This document shows positions 1-12,782 of a DNA stretch of 51,685 bases, one piece after another. Numbering within the stretch: position 1 is the first letter of the stretch; each line of letters opens with the position of its first letter. The stretch is taken from the NCBI RefSeq assembly GCF_020745735.1, contig NW_026867443.1, forward strand, positions 310,001 to 361,685, read 5' to 3'. The position numbers and the translations under genes were made by a program. A model generated the notes under the pieces. The model did no database searches. It worked only from the letters and a program-made list of their open reading frames with translations, and was not told the DNA's origin. The DNA comes from Hemiscyllium ocellatum (lineage: Eukaryota).

Positions 1-740
1 TCTTAGCAGGACTTATACACTTATTGGTCAGGTTCTCGGGAGTGTTGCTGAACAAAGACACCTTGGAGTGCATGTTCATAGTTCCTTGAATGTAGAGTCA
101 TAGGTAGGTAGGATAATGAAGAAGACATTTGGTATGCTTTCCTTTATTGGTTAGAGAATTGAGTATGGGTGTTGGGAGGTCTCCTAAACCACTTTTGGAG
201 TATTGTGTTCAATTCTGGTCTCCTTCCTATCGGAAAGATGTTGTGAAACTGGAAAAGGTTCAGAAAAGATTTACAAGGATGTTACCAGGATGGGAGGATT
301 GAAGCTATACAGAGAGGTTAAATAGGCTAGGGATGTTTTCCCTTGAGTGAGGGGTGACCTTACAGAGGTTTACAAAATCTTGAGGGACGTGGATAGGGCA
401 AAGAGACCAAGTCTTTTCCCTGGGGTGGTGGAGTCCAGTAAGAGAGGGCATGGGTTTAGGGTAAGAGAGGAAAGATATAAAAGAGAATTGAGGAGCAACT
501 TTTTCACGCACAGGGTGGTGTGAGTGTAGAATGGGGCTGCCAGAGGAAGTGGTAGATGCTGGTAAAATTGCAACATTTAAAAGGCATCTGGATGGGTATA
601 TGAATAGGAAGGGTTTGGAGGGATCTGGGCCAGGTGTTGGCAGGTGGGACTAGATTGGGTTGGGATGTCTGGTCGGCATGGACAAGTTGGACCGAAGGGT
701 CTGTTTCCATGCTGTGCATCTCTATGACTCTATGACTCTA
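1..740 (+). mobile_element. CR1-type LINE, 3' fragment (RT C-terminus, 3' UTR, tail)
   Basis: Degenerate CR1 ORF2 C-terminal sequence (RPLLEYCVQFWSP-type and FFTQRVV-type motifs) ending in TCTATGACTCTATGACTCTA tail at about 720-740. Confidence 0.85.
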
Positions 741-803
741 GGAGGAGGCTGTTCAGCTCCTTGTGTCAGTACTAGCTGTTTACTAACCTCACTCACAATG
801 AAC

Positions 804-1199
804 ATCTCCATTGAATTCTGGATTAGTGGTGCTGGAAGAGCACAGCCATTCAGCCAGCATCCGATGAGCAGGGCAGACGAAATGACCTGGAGTTGCAATG
901 GGAAAGGGACTCCCTGAGATTCGTGTAGAGAGAAGCTCTTCAACCATGTCGTGAAACAAACTCGCTCCCACAGCCACATTTGCTTGTACTCTATGCTACT
1001 TTCTCCCCACTCCCACCCTCCTCTAGCTTATCTCTCCACGCTTCAGGCTCACTGCCTTTATTCCTGATGAAGGGCTTTAGCCCGAAACGTCGATTTCCCT
1101 GCTCCTCGGATGCCGCCTGAACTGCTGTGCTCTTCCAGCACCACTCACCCAGAATCTGGTTTCCAACATCTGCAGTCATTGTTTTTATCTCCATTGAAT
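804..1199 (+). mobile_element. Penelope-like element terminal fragments with inverted termini and 13-bp target-site duplication
   Basis: ATCTCCATTGAAT at 804-816 and 1187-1199; 815-873 is the reverse complement of 1097-1155 (52/59 by hand); same terminal sequence ends the GIY-YIG element at 25095-26455. Confidence 0.75.
1057..1095 (+). ncRNA. Putative minimal hammerhead ribozyme core in Penelope-like terminus
   Basis: CTGATGA(1064-1070)-A-GGGC-TTTA-GCCC-GAAA-C-GTC; matches hammerhead core boxes, stem II and palindromic ACGT stem III, with one extra A. Confidence 0.55.
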
Positions 1200-2005
1200 G
1201 TCTATTGTGGGGAAGTAATTGAATCTGGTTTAGAGACAGAATGTCTGACAAATGTGAACAGACCAGACTAAGTCAGCATGGATTTAAAAGGGTCAGACAT
1301 CTTTAACTGGTTACATGTTTTAACGAGGTCACTAATGTGTGAGATAAGGGAATGTGTTGTTTATATGTACGTCCAGTTGACATTCAAGGAAGTTCCACAC
1401 AAGTGTTATAATGTTATAGTTGGAACAAAGAGATGACAGATAAACATATTCTGGATCTTTCTGCACAAATGAATTCTCAAATAAACCTCAGACATGTTGG
1501 TGAACTTGGAGTTTTATCAGAGGAAGGAGCTGAAGGAAATCAGTTATTGGAAGAAAATAGTTCTGGGAAAATTAGAGTGTCTTATATCAGCAGGGCCAAA
1601 TAATCTATTTTCAGGAGTGCTTCAGGAAGTGGTTACAAAATATGAGAAACATTGATGGTTATCTGTTTGTTGACTGTAGAATAAGTCCTACAAAATGGAG
1701 GGAGTTAATTTAACACGTGTATTGATAAAGAGAGAGAGAGGGGGAAAATAAGAAATTTTAGACCAATTAGCCAGAAGTCAGCAGTGGAGAAAATGCTCAA
1801 GTTCATTATAAAATATTTTATGGCTTAGCACTTTGAAAACAGTGGCAGAACTGGACAGAGTCGGCATGAATTGTCGAAAGGGAAACCATGCTTAAAAAAT
1901 CGACTGGAATTGTTTGAGGATGTAGTGAGTAGATTTGATAAGGGGGGGGGGCCGTGGATATGGTTTGTTTGGACTGTGTAAGGGGAGTAGATCGGTGGTT
2001 CTGTG
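1200..2005 (+). mobile_element. Highly decayed CR1 RT fragments
   Basis: Remnants of YRPISL, QHGF and KPCLKNRLELFEDV-type motifs without a continuous frame. Confidence 0.55.
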
Positions 2006-2009
2006 GTCA

Positions 2010-5000
2010 AAAACAAGACTCACGAATAGCATGTTGCCTCCCAGTTGTACGGGTCAGGGATGTCTCAGATCGGCTGCAGCAAATTCTGAAGGGGGAGGTG
2101 AACAGCTAGCTGTGATGGTGCATGAAGGCACCGATGATATTGGTAATAAATGGAATGAGGTCCGACAAGAAGAATTTAGGGAGTGAGGAACCATATTAAA
2201 ATGTAGGATCTCAGAGGTAGTAATCTCAGGATTGCTCCCAGTGCCATGTGCTAGTCAGAGTCGAAATGAAAATATAGGCAGGATGAATGCGTGGCTTGAG
2301 AGATGGTGCAGGAGGGAGGGGTTCAGATTTTTGGGACATTGGGACTGGTTCCTGGGGAGGTGGGACAATTACAAATCGAGCCGTCTACACCTGGGCAGGA
2401 CTGGAACCAGTGTCCTGTGGGATGTGTTTGATCACACTCTTGGGGTGGGTTCAAAATAGTGTAGAGGGATGGGAACCAAATGAGGAAGTTAGTGGGAAAT
2501 AAGGAGGGAGTAACTAAAGCCTGTCAGAACCTAGATATTGAAGTCAGCGTGACTTAGGTTAAGAGTAGGTAGGGAACAGATGTTGAACGCAAAGGGACAG
2601 ATGGTCTGAGGTGCATTTGTTTTAATGTGAGAAGTATAGTAGGTAAGGCAGAGGAATTTAGGGCTTGGATTAGTATCTGGGAGTATGATGTTATTCCTAT
2701 TACTGAGACTTGGTTGAGGGAAGGGCAAGATTGGCAACTAAATATCCCAGGATACAGATGTATCAGATGGGTTCGAGAGGGAGGTAAAAGGGATGGAGGA
2801 GTTGCATTACAGGTCAGAGAGGATATCACAGGTGTGCTGAAGGAGGGCACTATGGAGGACTCGAGCAGTGGGGCAATTTGGGCAGAGCTCAGAAACAGGA
2901 AGGGTGCAGTAACAATGTTGGTGCTATCCTACAAGCCTCCTAACAGTGAATGTGAGATAGAGGTACAAATATGTAAACAGATAATGGAAAGATATAGGAG
3001 TAACAAGGTGGTGGCAATGGAGATTTTAATTAACCCAACATTGACTGGGATTCACTTAATGTTCGAGGTTAAGATGGAGCAGAATTTGTAAGGAGCATCC
3101 AGGAGGATTTTACAGAGTGATGTGGAAATAGTCTAACTCAGGAAGGGGCCATACCGGACCTGGTGTTGGGGAATGAGCCTGGCCAGGTGGTTGAAATTTC
3201 AGTAGGGGATTATTTTGGTAACAGTGACCACAATTCTGTAAGTTTTAGAATGCTCATGGACAAAGACCAGAGTGGTCTTAAACGAAGAGGGTGAAAGTGG
3301 AGGAATGCCAACAATAGCAAAATTTGGCAGGAGCTGGGGAATGTGGATTGGGAGCAGCTGTTTAAAGGGAAATCCACATTTGATATGTGGGAGGCTTTTA
3401 AAGAAAGGTTGACTAGAGTCAGGACAGACATGTCCCTGTGAAAATAAAGGATTGAAATGGCAGAATTAGGGAACTCTGGATGACAGATGAAATTGAAACT
3501 AGCTAAGAGGAAAAAGGATGCATACATAAGGTCTAGGTGGCTGAAAACAGGCAAAGCTTTGGAAGAATATCGGGAAAGTAGGACCAATCTGAAGTGAGGA
3601 ATTAGAAGGGCTAAAAGGGGTCACGAAATCATTAACAAACAGGATTAAGGAAAATCCCAAAGCCTTTTATTCATACATAAGGAGTTAATGGATGACTAGA
3701 GAAAGGGTTGGCCCACTCAAGGACAAAGGAGGAATGTTATGTGTGGAGTCGGAGAAAATTGATGAGATTCTTAATGAGTGCTTTACGTCGGTATTCACCA
3801 AGGAGAGGGAAATGACAGTTGTTGAAGTTGGGGATAGATGTTTGATTACTCAGAGTCAAGTCAGTTTAAGGAGGGAGGAAGTGTTGGGTATTTTAAAAGG
3901 CATCAAGGTGGACAAGTCCCCAGGTTGGGATGGGATAGACCCTAGCTTACTGAGGGAAACGAGAGGGGAAATAGTTGGGTCCTTAACAGATATCTTCGTA
4001 GCAACCTTGAACATGGATGAGGTCCCAGAGGACTGGAGAATTGCTCATGGTTAAGAAGGGTAGCCAGTATAATCCAGGTAACTATCAACCAGTGAGCCTG
4101 ATGTAGTGGTAGGGAAGCTGCTGAAGAAGATACTGAGGGGTAAGATCTATTTACATTTGGAAGAAAATTGACTTATCAGTTATGGGCAGCATGAAGTTGT
4201 GCAGGGAATGTCATGTCTTACCAACTTTATAGAAGTTTTTGAAGAAGTGATGAATTGATTGATGAGGGAAGGGCTGTGGATGTCATACACATGAATTTGA
4301 GGAATGCGTTTGATAAAGTTCCCCATGGCAGCCTGATAAAGAAATTAAAGTCGCATGGGGTCCAGAGTGTACTCACTAGATGGATAGAGAACAGGCTGGG
4401 CAACAGGAGACAGAGAGTAGTAGTGGAAGGAGTTTCTCAAAATGGAGAACAGGAATCCGTGCTGGTACCGCTCTTGTTTTGGAAAGACATAAATGATCTG
4501 GAGGAAGGTATAGGTGATCTGATTAACAAGTTTGCAGATGACATTAATATTGGTGGAGTAGCAGATAGTGAAGGGGACTGTCAGAGAATGTAGCAGAATA
4601 TAGACAGATTGGAGAGTTGGGCAGAGAAACGACGGATGGAGTTCAATCCGAGCAAATGTGATCTGATGAATTTAGGAAGATCCAAATCTGGAGTAAACTG
4701 TACGGTGAATGGAACACCCTGGGAAAATTGATGGCAAGAGAGACCTGGGTGTTCAGGCCCATTGTACTCTGGAGGTGGCAACACAGGTTGATAGAGTGGT
4801 CAAGAAGACATATGGCATACTTTCCTTCATTAACGTGGTATTCAGTACAAGAGTTGGCAAGTCCTGTTAGAATTATATCAGATTTTGGCTTGGCCACATT
4901 TGGAATACTGCCCACAGTTCTGGTTGCCACATTTACAGAAGGATGTAGATGCTTTGTAGAGTGTGCAGAGGAGGTTCACCAGGATTGCCTGGGATGGAGG

Positions 5001-5447
5001 GTGCTAGCTATGAAGAGAGGTTGAGTAGTATAGGATTATTTTCATTAGAAAGTCAAACATTGAGGGGGGACCTGATTGATGTCTACAAAATCATGAGAGG
5101 TGTAGAAAGGGTGAATAGCAAGAAACATTTTCCCAGAGTGGGGGACTCAATTACTCTGGGTCATGAGTTCAAAGTGAGAGTGGAAACATTTAAGGGAGAT
5201 ATGTATGGAAAGTTCTTCACACAGAGAGTGATTGGTCCTGGAACACGTTGCCAGTGGAGGTGGTAGAGGCAGGCACAATAGCATCATTTAAGATATATCT
5301 AGATAGATACATGGATGGGCACAGAGCAAAGGGAGACAGACCATTGGAAAATTGATGACAGGTTTAGATGGAGGATATGGACCAGTGCAGGCTAGTAGGG
5401 CCGAAGGGCCAGTTCTTGTGCTGTAATTTTCATTGTTCTTTGTTCTT
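2010..5447 (+). mobile_element. Near full-length decayed CR1 LINE (ORF1 esterase-like remnant, APE endonuclease, RT, 3' UTR)
   Basis: ORF fragments: NAWLERWCRREGFRFLGHW (ORF1), DVIPITETWL and LNIPGY (APE), DKSPGWDGIDP, NAFDKVPH, INKFADD (RT); many stops and frameshifts. Confidence 0.9.
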
Positions 5448-5449
5448 TG

Positions 5450-6725
5450 AACTGAGGAAGTTCAAAGGAACAGAGTGATCTTGGGTGCTTCTCCACTGAT
5501 CCCTGAATATGGCAAGACAGGTTAACAGAGCAGTTATGAAGGCACAGGGGACACCTGCCTTTGTTATGTCAGGTATTGGTTGTAAAAACAGGAGGATATG
5601 GTGCAGTTAAGCAGAACATTGGTGAGGCCACAGCTGGAGTACTGTGTGCAGTTCAGGTCACCACACTGTAGGAAGGATGTGATTGCACTGGATGGGGTGC
5701 AGAGGGGAATCACCAGGATGTTGTGTGGGATGGAACCTCTCAGTGATGAAGAGAAATTGGATCAGCTCGGGTTGTTTTCTTCAGAGCAGAGAAGGTGGAG
5801 GGGGGACCTGGTAGAGGTGTATAAGGTTATGAGGGGAATGGACAGGGTGGAGAGAAAGCAGCTGTTCTCCTTCATGGGAGGGTCAATAACAAGTTGGCTC
5901 ACATTCAGTGTGAAAGATTGGAGGTTTCAAGATGTTTTGAGGAAAATGTTTTTCATCCAGAGGATGGTGTGCATCTGGAATGCACAGCCTGGGAGGGGAG
6001 TTGAGGTGGGAAACCTCACAAACTTTAAAATGTACTTGGGTGAGCAGTTGAAATGTCATAACATTCAAGCTGTGGGCCTCATGTTGGAAAGTGGGACTGG
6101 TATAGGTTTAGTGTAGTTTGGCTGGTACACAGTTAATGGGCTGAAGGGCCTCCTCTGTGTGATTTTATGATTCTGTTGTGTGCAGTTTTGGTTTCCTTAT
6201 CTGAGGAAGGATGTTCTGGCTGTGGAGGGAGGGCAGCGAAGGTTTACCAGACTGATTGCTGGGAGGACAGCACTTAGATCTGATGAGGAACTGGATCAGT
6301 TAGGATTATATTCATTGGCGCTTAGAAGATTGAGAGGAATCACATTGAAACCTTGAAAATCCGAACAGGACAAGACCAGAACAACACAGGGAGGATGTTC
6401 CTGATGACTGGAGATTCCAGAACTACGAGTTATAGTTTAAAGAAAAGAGAAATGTTATTTCAGACTGAGCTGAGGAGACATTTCTTTAGCCAGAGACTGG
6501 GAAGCTAGTGGGATATTCTGTCACAGAAAGCAGTTGAGCCCAAAACATTCAATATTTTCAAGAGAGGATAAGTATATTCTTAGGACTAAAGGGGTTAAAG
6601 TTTATGGAGATAAAATGGGAGCGGGAACTAAATTGGATGATCAGCCATGGTCAGATTGAATGGCAGAGCCAACTTGAAGGGCTGAATGGCTTCCTCTTGC
6701 TCCTAGTTCCTCTGTTTCTATGTTT
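5450..6725 (+). mobile_element. Two consecutive CR1 3' fragments
   Basis: LVRPQLEYCVQF and RGDLVEVYKVMRG motifs; tail-like ends near 6170 and 6720. Confidence 0.75.
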
Positions 6726-6769
6726 GAGAGATTGTTCATAAACATGGAAACATATGGAATTATAGAGTC

Positions 6770-7320
6770 TTAGAGCCATCGAGTCCTACAGCACAGAGAC
6801 AGGCCCTTTGGTCCACACTGGGCCATGCTGACCAAAATGTCCATCCATGCTAACCCCATTTCCCTGCACTTGTCCCATATCCTTCAAATGTTTCCCTATC
6901 TATCTATTTGTCCAAATGTCTTTTAAATGTTGTTAATGTAGCCACCTCAATCACTTCAGCTGGCATCTCATTCCACGTGCGTGCCACCCTCTGTGTAAAA
7001 ATGTTGCCCCTCAGGTTCCCTTTTATTCATTCCTCTCTAACACTAAACTGATGCCCTCTCATCCTCGATTCCCCAACCCTATCCATGTCTCTCATGATCT
7101 TATACACTTCTAAAAGTTCCCCCACCAGTCTCCTGTGTTCCATGAAATAAGTCCTAACTTGCCTAAACTCTCCCTATAATCAGATTGTTGAGTCCAGGCA
7201 ACATCCTTGTAAATTTCTTGAGTACTCTTTCTGGTTTAGTAATATCCTTCCTATAACAAGATGTCCAAACTGAATACAATATTCCAAGTGCGACCTCACT
7301 GACATCCTGTACAAGATGAG
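6770..7320 (-). mobile_element. CR1 3' fragment
   Basis: Reverse strand shows RKDITKPERVLKKFTRMLPGL and a CR1-type 3' UTR. Confidence 0.75.
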
Positions 7321-7472
7321 AGATTAGATTCCCTACAGTGTGGAAACAGATCTTCGGCCCAACCAATCCACACCGACCCTCTGAAGAGTAACCCACCTAG
7401 ACCCATTTCCTCTGACTAATGTACCTCAGACTATGGCCAATTTAACATGGCCAATTCACCTGACCTGCACAT
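7321..7472 (-). mobile_element. HE1/V-SINE-like SINE, 3' part
   Basis: Colinear with the 3' part of the complete copy at 18165-18797. Confidence 0.7.
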
Positions 7473-7849
7473 CAAACTTACTAATCATGCCTTACAGATT
7501 CTCATCCAAATCATTAATATTGATAACAAACAGTAATGGGGCCAGCACTGAGCCCTGAGGCACTCCACTCAACACAGGCCTCCAGTCTGACAAGCATCCT
7601 TCCAATATCACCCTCTGCTTCCTATCATCAAGACAGTGATAGAAAAGTATTTGTCTTTGGTTCGGAATTAGTTTGGAGGTAGGAGACAGAGAAGAGGGAT
7701 AACGTGTGTGCTCTCCAATGAACAAGATGTGAATAGTGGTGTCCCCAGGGATTTGTGCAGGGGCCTCAGTATTTCACGATATTTCTCAATGACTTGGATG
7801 AAGGAATAGAGAGCCAATTATCCAAGATTGCTGACCACACGGAGTGAGG

Positions 7850-8290
7850 CAGCTTGGAGGAGGTTACAGAGATAGGGAGAGTGGAGGGCAGAGAGGGATT
7901 TGAGAACAAGGATGAGAATTTGAAAATCGAGGTGTTGCTCGACCAGGAGCCAATATAGGCACGGGGTGCAGGGGTTGTGGGAACGGGGCTTGGTGCAAGC
8001 TCGGATACGGGCTGCAGAATTTTGGATGAGGTGAAGGATACAGAGGGCAGTGGCTGTGATGTGCATCAGCCATTGGAATGGTCATGTTTGGAGCCCCATA
8101 AACATGGCTGAGATTTTCAGTGGCTGATCTTTGTGATATGAAAGATATGGGGCTGAGATCATTCTCAAACATGAGACCCAGTTTGTAAAGAGTCTAGTTG
8201 AGCAGCAGATAGTGCTCAGGGAGAGGGATGGAGCGTATACCAGGATCTGAAGAGGATGGCTTTGATCTTCCCAATATGTTTCACAATGAG
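7850..8290 (-). mobile_element. L2-type LINE RT/3' fragment
   Basis: Reverse translation LHLIQNSAARI...LYWLLVEQHLDFQILILVLKSL...YLCNLLQ is typical of L2 ORF2 C-terminus. Confidence 0.6.
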
Positions 8291-8789
8291 CTTGGCTCCT
8301 CAGTCCTGACTGCTCTTAGCTGCTGTGATTGTCACTGATCGGACACTTATTATTAGAGATTCTGACCACAGCAGAAAGCCCCAGTGTAAAAAATAACTGC
8401 AAAGACTGTCAGATCGCAAGGTTGAAACTTCACAAAAAAGAGGAAGTGAAAGAAGGAGCTCGGAGCAGCTGGGTGTTTGTTACTGAGACGGGAGAAAACT
8501 GTGAACCACCTGCACTCCCTGGAATCTGACAGCACAGGAGGCTGGTTCTAGGATTTATTTTTTTGCAGAAACAGCACAGTTTTGGAAAAGGTGTCAGTCA
8601 TTCTCTCACAAGCACACACGCCTGCACTCGGAGATCAGAAACAGAATCCAGCAGCAGCTCTGTCTCCAAGCTGTGAAACCTGCACAGAATTGATCCCTCA
8701 TTCAGTTTATAACTGGCAGGATAGACCAAGCAGGAGAGGCAACACAGTGGTGTGTACAGTCGGAAGGGAGTTGCCCTGAGAGTCCTCAC

Positions 8790-9240
8790 CATTAACTATG
8801 GAACCCATGAAGCCTCATGACAGCAGGTCAAACATGGGGAAGGAAACCTCCTGCTGATTACCACATAGCACCGCCCTCCGCTCCAACCTCAACTGAGCAG
8901 TCAGTCCTCCTCCATGTTGAACAACACTTGGTGGGAGCACTGAAGGAGGGAATGATGCAGGATATATCCTGAGTAAGGGATTTCAAAGCCCACCATCAAG
9001 AGCTGCTCAGAAGCATCACTACTGAGCAAACTGGTCACGCTCCACCTGATTCAGCTGCTCGACTGGACCTGGGGCAGTTGGTGAGGGAACCAACAAGAGG
9101 GAAAAACATACTCACTATCACCCTCACCAAGCTGCCTGCTGCTGGTGTATCTGTCCATAACAGTATCAGTAAGAGTGACCATCGCACAGTCTGTGTGGAG
9201 ACAAAATCCTATCTTGCCTTTGAGATTATCTTACATTCTG
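8790..9240 (+). mobile_element. CR1/L2-group LINE endonuclease fragment
   Basis: VREPTRGKNIL...ISKSDHRTV (APE C-terminal PT..SDH motifs) and upstream GNLLLITT remnant. Confidence 0.65.
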
Positions 9241-10538
9241 TTGGGCAAGAGATATGGAATGTCAGAAAGAACTTTGATTTTAGCAGAAATTGGCAAAGTC
9301 TTGGAAATTAGTGCCCATTCAGGTGAGACAGGTGAAGAGACTCAGTGATTGCAATGGCAGATTGGATGGGCTCTTGATGGAAATAAACCTGCAAGGCTCT
9401 GAGGGTCGAGTAGGGGAGGGGGTGGGACTGACTGGATTGCTCCATGAAATGACAGCATTTCCCTGACAGGCTGAATGTTCTCCCCCTGTGCTGGAAATAG
9501 GTCTCACTCAATGAGGGGTTCACAATTAGAGAGTTTGGATGCAGTAAATACAGGACAAATTGTTTCTTCAGGCAGGAGGGTCAGTAACCAGAGGGCACAC
9601 ATTTCAGAAAGAGTCTAAAGTACAAGAGAGAAGATAGGAACATTTTTTATCCAGCGAGTTCATGGTGACTGTCTGCAAGGTGAGTGGAAGTGGATTCAAC
9701 AGCAACTTTCAAAAGGGCATTTGGAGAAATAGCTGAAAAGGAAATAATTGCAGTTATACAGGAAGGGCTGGGGAAATGGGACTCATTGTACTCATTTGAC
9801 TAACAGTCACAATCAGCCCAGTGACCTCTGTCTGTGCTGTATGAGAGCTGACACACACTCAGACTCACCTTTACACAAAGACTGGGAGAAACAGACAACC
9901 CAGTTTACAGAAGAGCGTTTTCTCAAGGGAAACTCTCTTGAACCAACTCAAGGAACAGGCCAGACTAGATTTACTGATGAGGAATAATTCAGCAAATCAA
10001 TGGCAAGGGAACAGTGAACCAAAGTGATGGGATTGAACAGTATATTCAATAGCACAACCATTGAGAGGGGGAGGGATCAAGGGCAGGAGGTCTGAGAGCA
10101 TGCTGTAGGGGTCTGAAGGCTCTGCTGTCAATGGTGGGATGGAGCAAGCAGCAATGAGCAGGAGACCAGAGACAGAAGATGGAAGGGGGAGGGAGGGAAT
10201 GTGAGTCTGCAGCAGGACACAGACGGTGGGAGGGGGGAGGCCATAGAGTCAATTGGCTGGCAGTGAGGACAGGGGTCATTCTGGAATGACAGATGGATAA
10301 GACAGGGAAGAGCCCACTCCATATCAGACAAGTTGGAGTTTATGGAATATGGCTTTAGGAAGCTGGGAGAGGACATTGGAATCATAGAGTTAGGGGGCAG
10401 GACGAGCAGGAATTAGGGTTTCTGTGGTCAAGGGGCCGAGGTAATGCAGAGACAATGTTGTTGAGATTGAAATAAGAGACCTACGTGATGGAGAGGATGT
10501 CGGATTTGTAGCTCAGGTGCTGGACAGTCCTGAGGGAA

Positions 10539-10666
10539 GGAGGACCATGTTTACTAGTCTCTTCTAGAGTATCCAAAGGGAAGGAGGTCCCTGTTTATTG
10601 GTGTCTATTGGAGGTTCCAGTGGAAAGAGGTCCATGTTTACTGGTTCTATGGGAAAGTGTCCCAAG
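10539..10666. repeat. 44-bp minisatellite, left block (about 3 units)
   Basis: Units start at 10539, 10583, 10626 with core GGAGGTCCATGTTTACTGGTCT. Confidence 0.85.
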
Positions 10667-10678
10667 TATATATCACCA

Positions 10679-11830
10679 AAGAGTCATAGAGGTTTACAGC
10701 ATGGGATCAGGCCGTTCAGCTCAACTCATCCATGCCGACCAAGTATCCAAAACTGAACTAGTCCCATTTGCATGTGTTTGGCCCAATTCTCTCTAAATCC
10801 TTCCTATCCATGTTCCTGTAAGAATGACCTTGAAATGTAGTAATTGTACTCACCTCTACGAATTCTTTAGTCAGCTCATTACACATACACACTAACCTCT
10901 GTGTGAAAATGTTGCCCCTCAGTTTCCTACTAATTCTTTCCCCTCCCAACTTAAACCTACTCCTTCTAGTACTGGACTCTCCTACCCTGGGGAAAAGACT
11001 TTGACTATTCACCTTATCTATGACCCTCATGATTCTATAAACCTCTATAAGGTCACCCCTCAATCTCCTGCATTCCCTGGAAAAACATCTTGGCCTATTC
11101 ATCCTCATCTTGTAATTCAAATCCTCCAATCTTGATAACATCCCTGTTAATCTTTCATTTATTCAAACCACTGTCATAACTTCCTCCCTATAGCAGGGTA
11201 AGCAGAAATGTACTGTGTCCAAATGTGGCCTTACCAATGCCTTGTACAGCTGTAACATGATGTCCCAGCTCCTGTACTCCCTGCTTTGACCAGTGAAGGT
11301 GAGCGTGCCAAATACCTTCTTCATCACCCTGTCTACCTGTGAGACCACTTCCAAGGAACTATGTACCTGTACCCCTCGTCTCTCTGTTCAACAACACTCC
11401 CCATGGCTCTACAATTAATTGTGTAATTTCTGCCCTGGTTTGTCTTCCCAAAATGCAACTCCTTCCATTTATCAAAATTTCCATCTGGATTTGTTGACGC
11501 ACTGGCCCAGTTGATCAAGATGACATTGCACTCTTGGATAACCTTCTACCCTGTCCACTATGCCAACAATTATAACGTCAGCCACAAACTTACTGACCAT
11601 TCCTGCTATTTTCTCATCCAAATTGTTTACATCAATGATGAACAACAGTGGATCCATGATCGATTCTTGTGACAGACAGTTGGTCACTGGCCTCCAGTCT
11701 GAAGAACAACCCTCTCTCACCAGCCTCAGCCTCCTATCATCAGGCCAATTTCATATCCAATTGGCGAGCTGTCCCTGGATCCTATGTGAAATAATCTTAC
11801 TAAGCAGTCTACCATAGGGAACCTTGTATT
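10679..11830 (-). mobile_element. CR1 3' fragment (about 1.15 kb) interrupting the minisatellite
   Basis: Reverse-strand SKFVADV, LVRPHLD, RGDLIEVYRIM motifs; tail CTATGACTC at the left end. Confidence 0.9.
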
Positions 11831-11915
11831 AACTCATTGTAGACAGAGTGTACTACTCTATCTTTACCTATCTTCTTGCTCCTTCTTCAAAAACTCAACC
11901 ATCTACTCATCTCCA

Positions 11916-12198
11916 TTGGAAGTTCCAGTGATTTGGAGGCCCATATTTACTGGTCTGTCTTGGAGGATCCAGTCAGAAGGAGATCCATGTTTACTGGTCT
12001 GTGTTGGAGGTTCCAGCAGGAAGGAGGTCCATGTTTACTGGTCTTTACTAGACGATCCAGTCCGAAAGAGGTACATGTTTACTGGTCTCCTTTGGAGAGT
12101 CCAGTCAGAAGGAGACCAATGTTGACTGGTCTCTAGTGGAGGCTCCTGCAGGAAGGAGGCCCATGTTTACTGGACTCTGTAGGAGAGTCCAGTGCATC
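11916..12198. repeat. 44-bp minisatellite, right block (6 units plus partial)
   Basis: Units start at 11935, 11979, 12023, 12067, 12111, 12155 (exact 44-bp period). Confidence 0.9.
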
Positions 12199-12659
12199 AT
12201 GGACTCCAAGGTGAGTGTGGGGTTCATTTCCTTTCTGTTGTAACTGTGTAATGGTTCAACCCGTATCCCAGTAAAACACCCTGACTCAGAGACTGATCAT
12301 GGAAAGGGAAGGAGAGGGGTAGGAGAGGGGAAGGGATTGGAAAATGTTGTGAATGGACATGCTGGATCAGGGGGTCAGAGCCTGTCCTGTCCCTCCAGCT
12401 CACACTGATGGCCTGAGGATCTCCTCTCTCTGCTGGGCCTTCATGGAATGAGCTTTGTGTCCAAACCAGTCCCCAGTGAGAACAGGCCAACAGCACAGAA
12501 CTGCCCTTCATTTGACAAGAATCGAGGCATCTTTCTGAGAGAGGCCAAATCCAGGTCAATGCGGAAAATGGGGCCTTACTCCAGGAGAAAACATGCTTCT
12601 GGGGTCAAGGGTTAGCATCCATGAGTGGGGCAGAGAGAGGGAGATTCATCCTGAATTCA

Positions 12660-12743
12660 ACTGCCACAACCTGGGACACTGAGAAAGAGAGAGAAGTGAG
12701 TCAGAGACAAAGGGTGAGTGTCTGTACGTGTGTGTGTGTATGT

Positions 12744-12782
<39 letters not shown>

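Noticed and set aside
8569-8600. FGKG motif after an acceptor-like TTTTTTTGCAG, resembling a J segment
   Set aside because: No heptamer/nonamer upstream, no TKL-type ending and no suitable donor.
8290-8780. Unique, Ser-rich reading fragments that could be a decayed exon
   Set aside because: All frames have stops and I recognise no protein family; needs BLASTX.
11916-12198. CRISPR-like or coding repeat (palindromic units, two open ORFs)
   Set aside because: Eukaryotic context, no unique spacers, no cas genes; 44 bp is not a multiple of 3 and all three frames hit stops.
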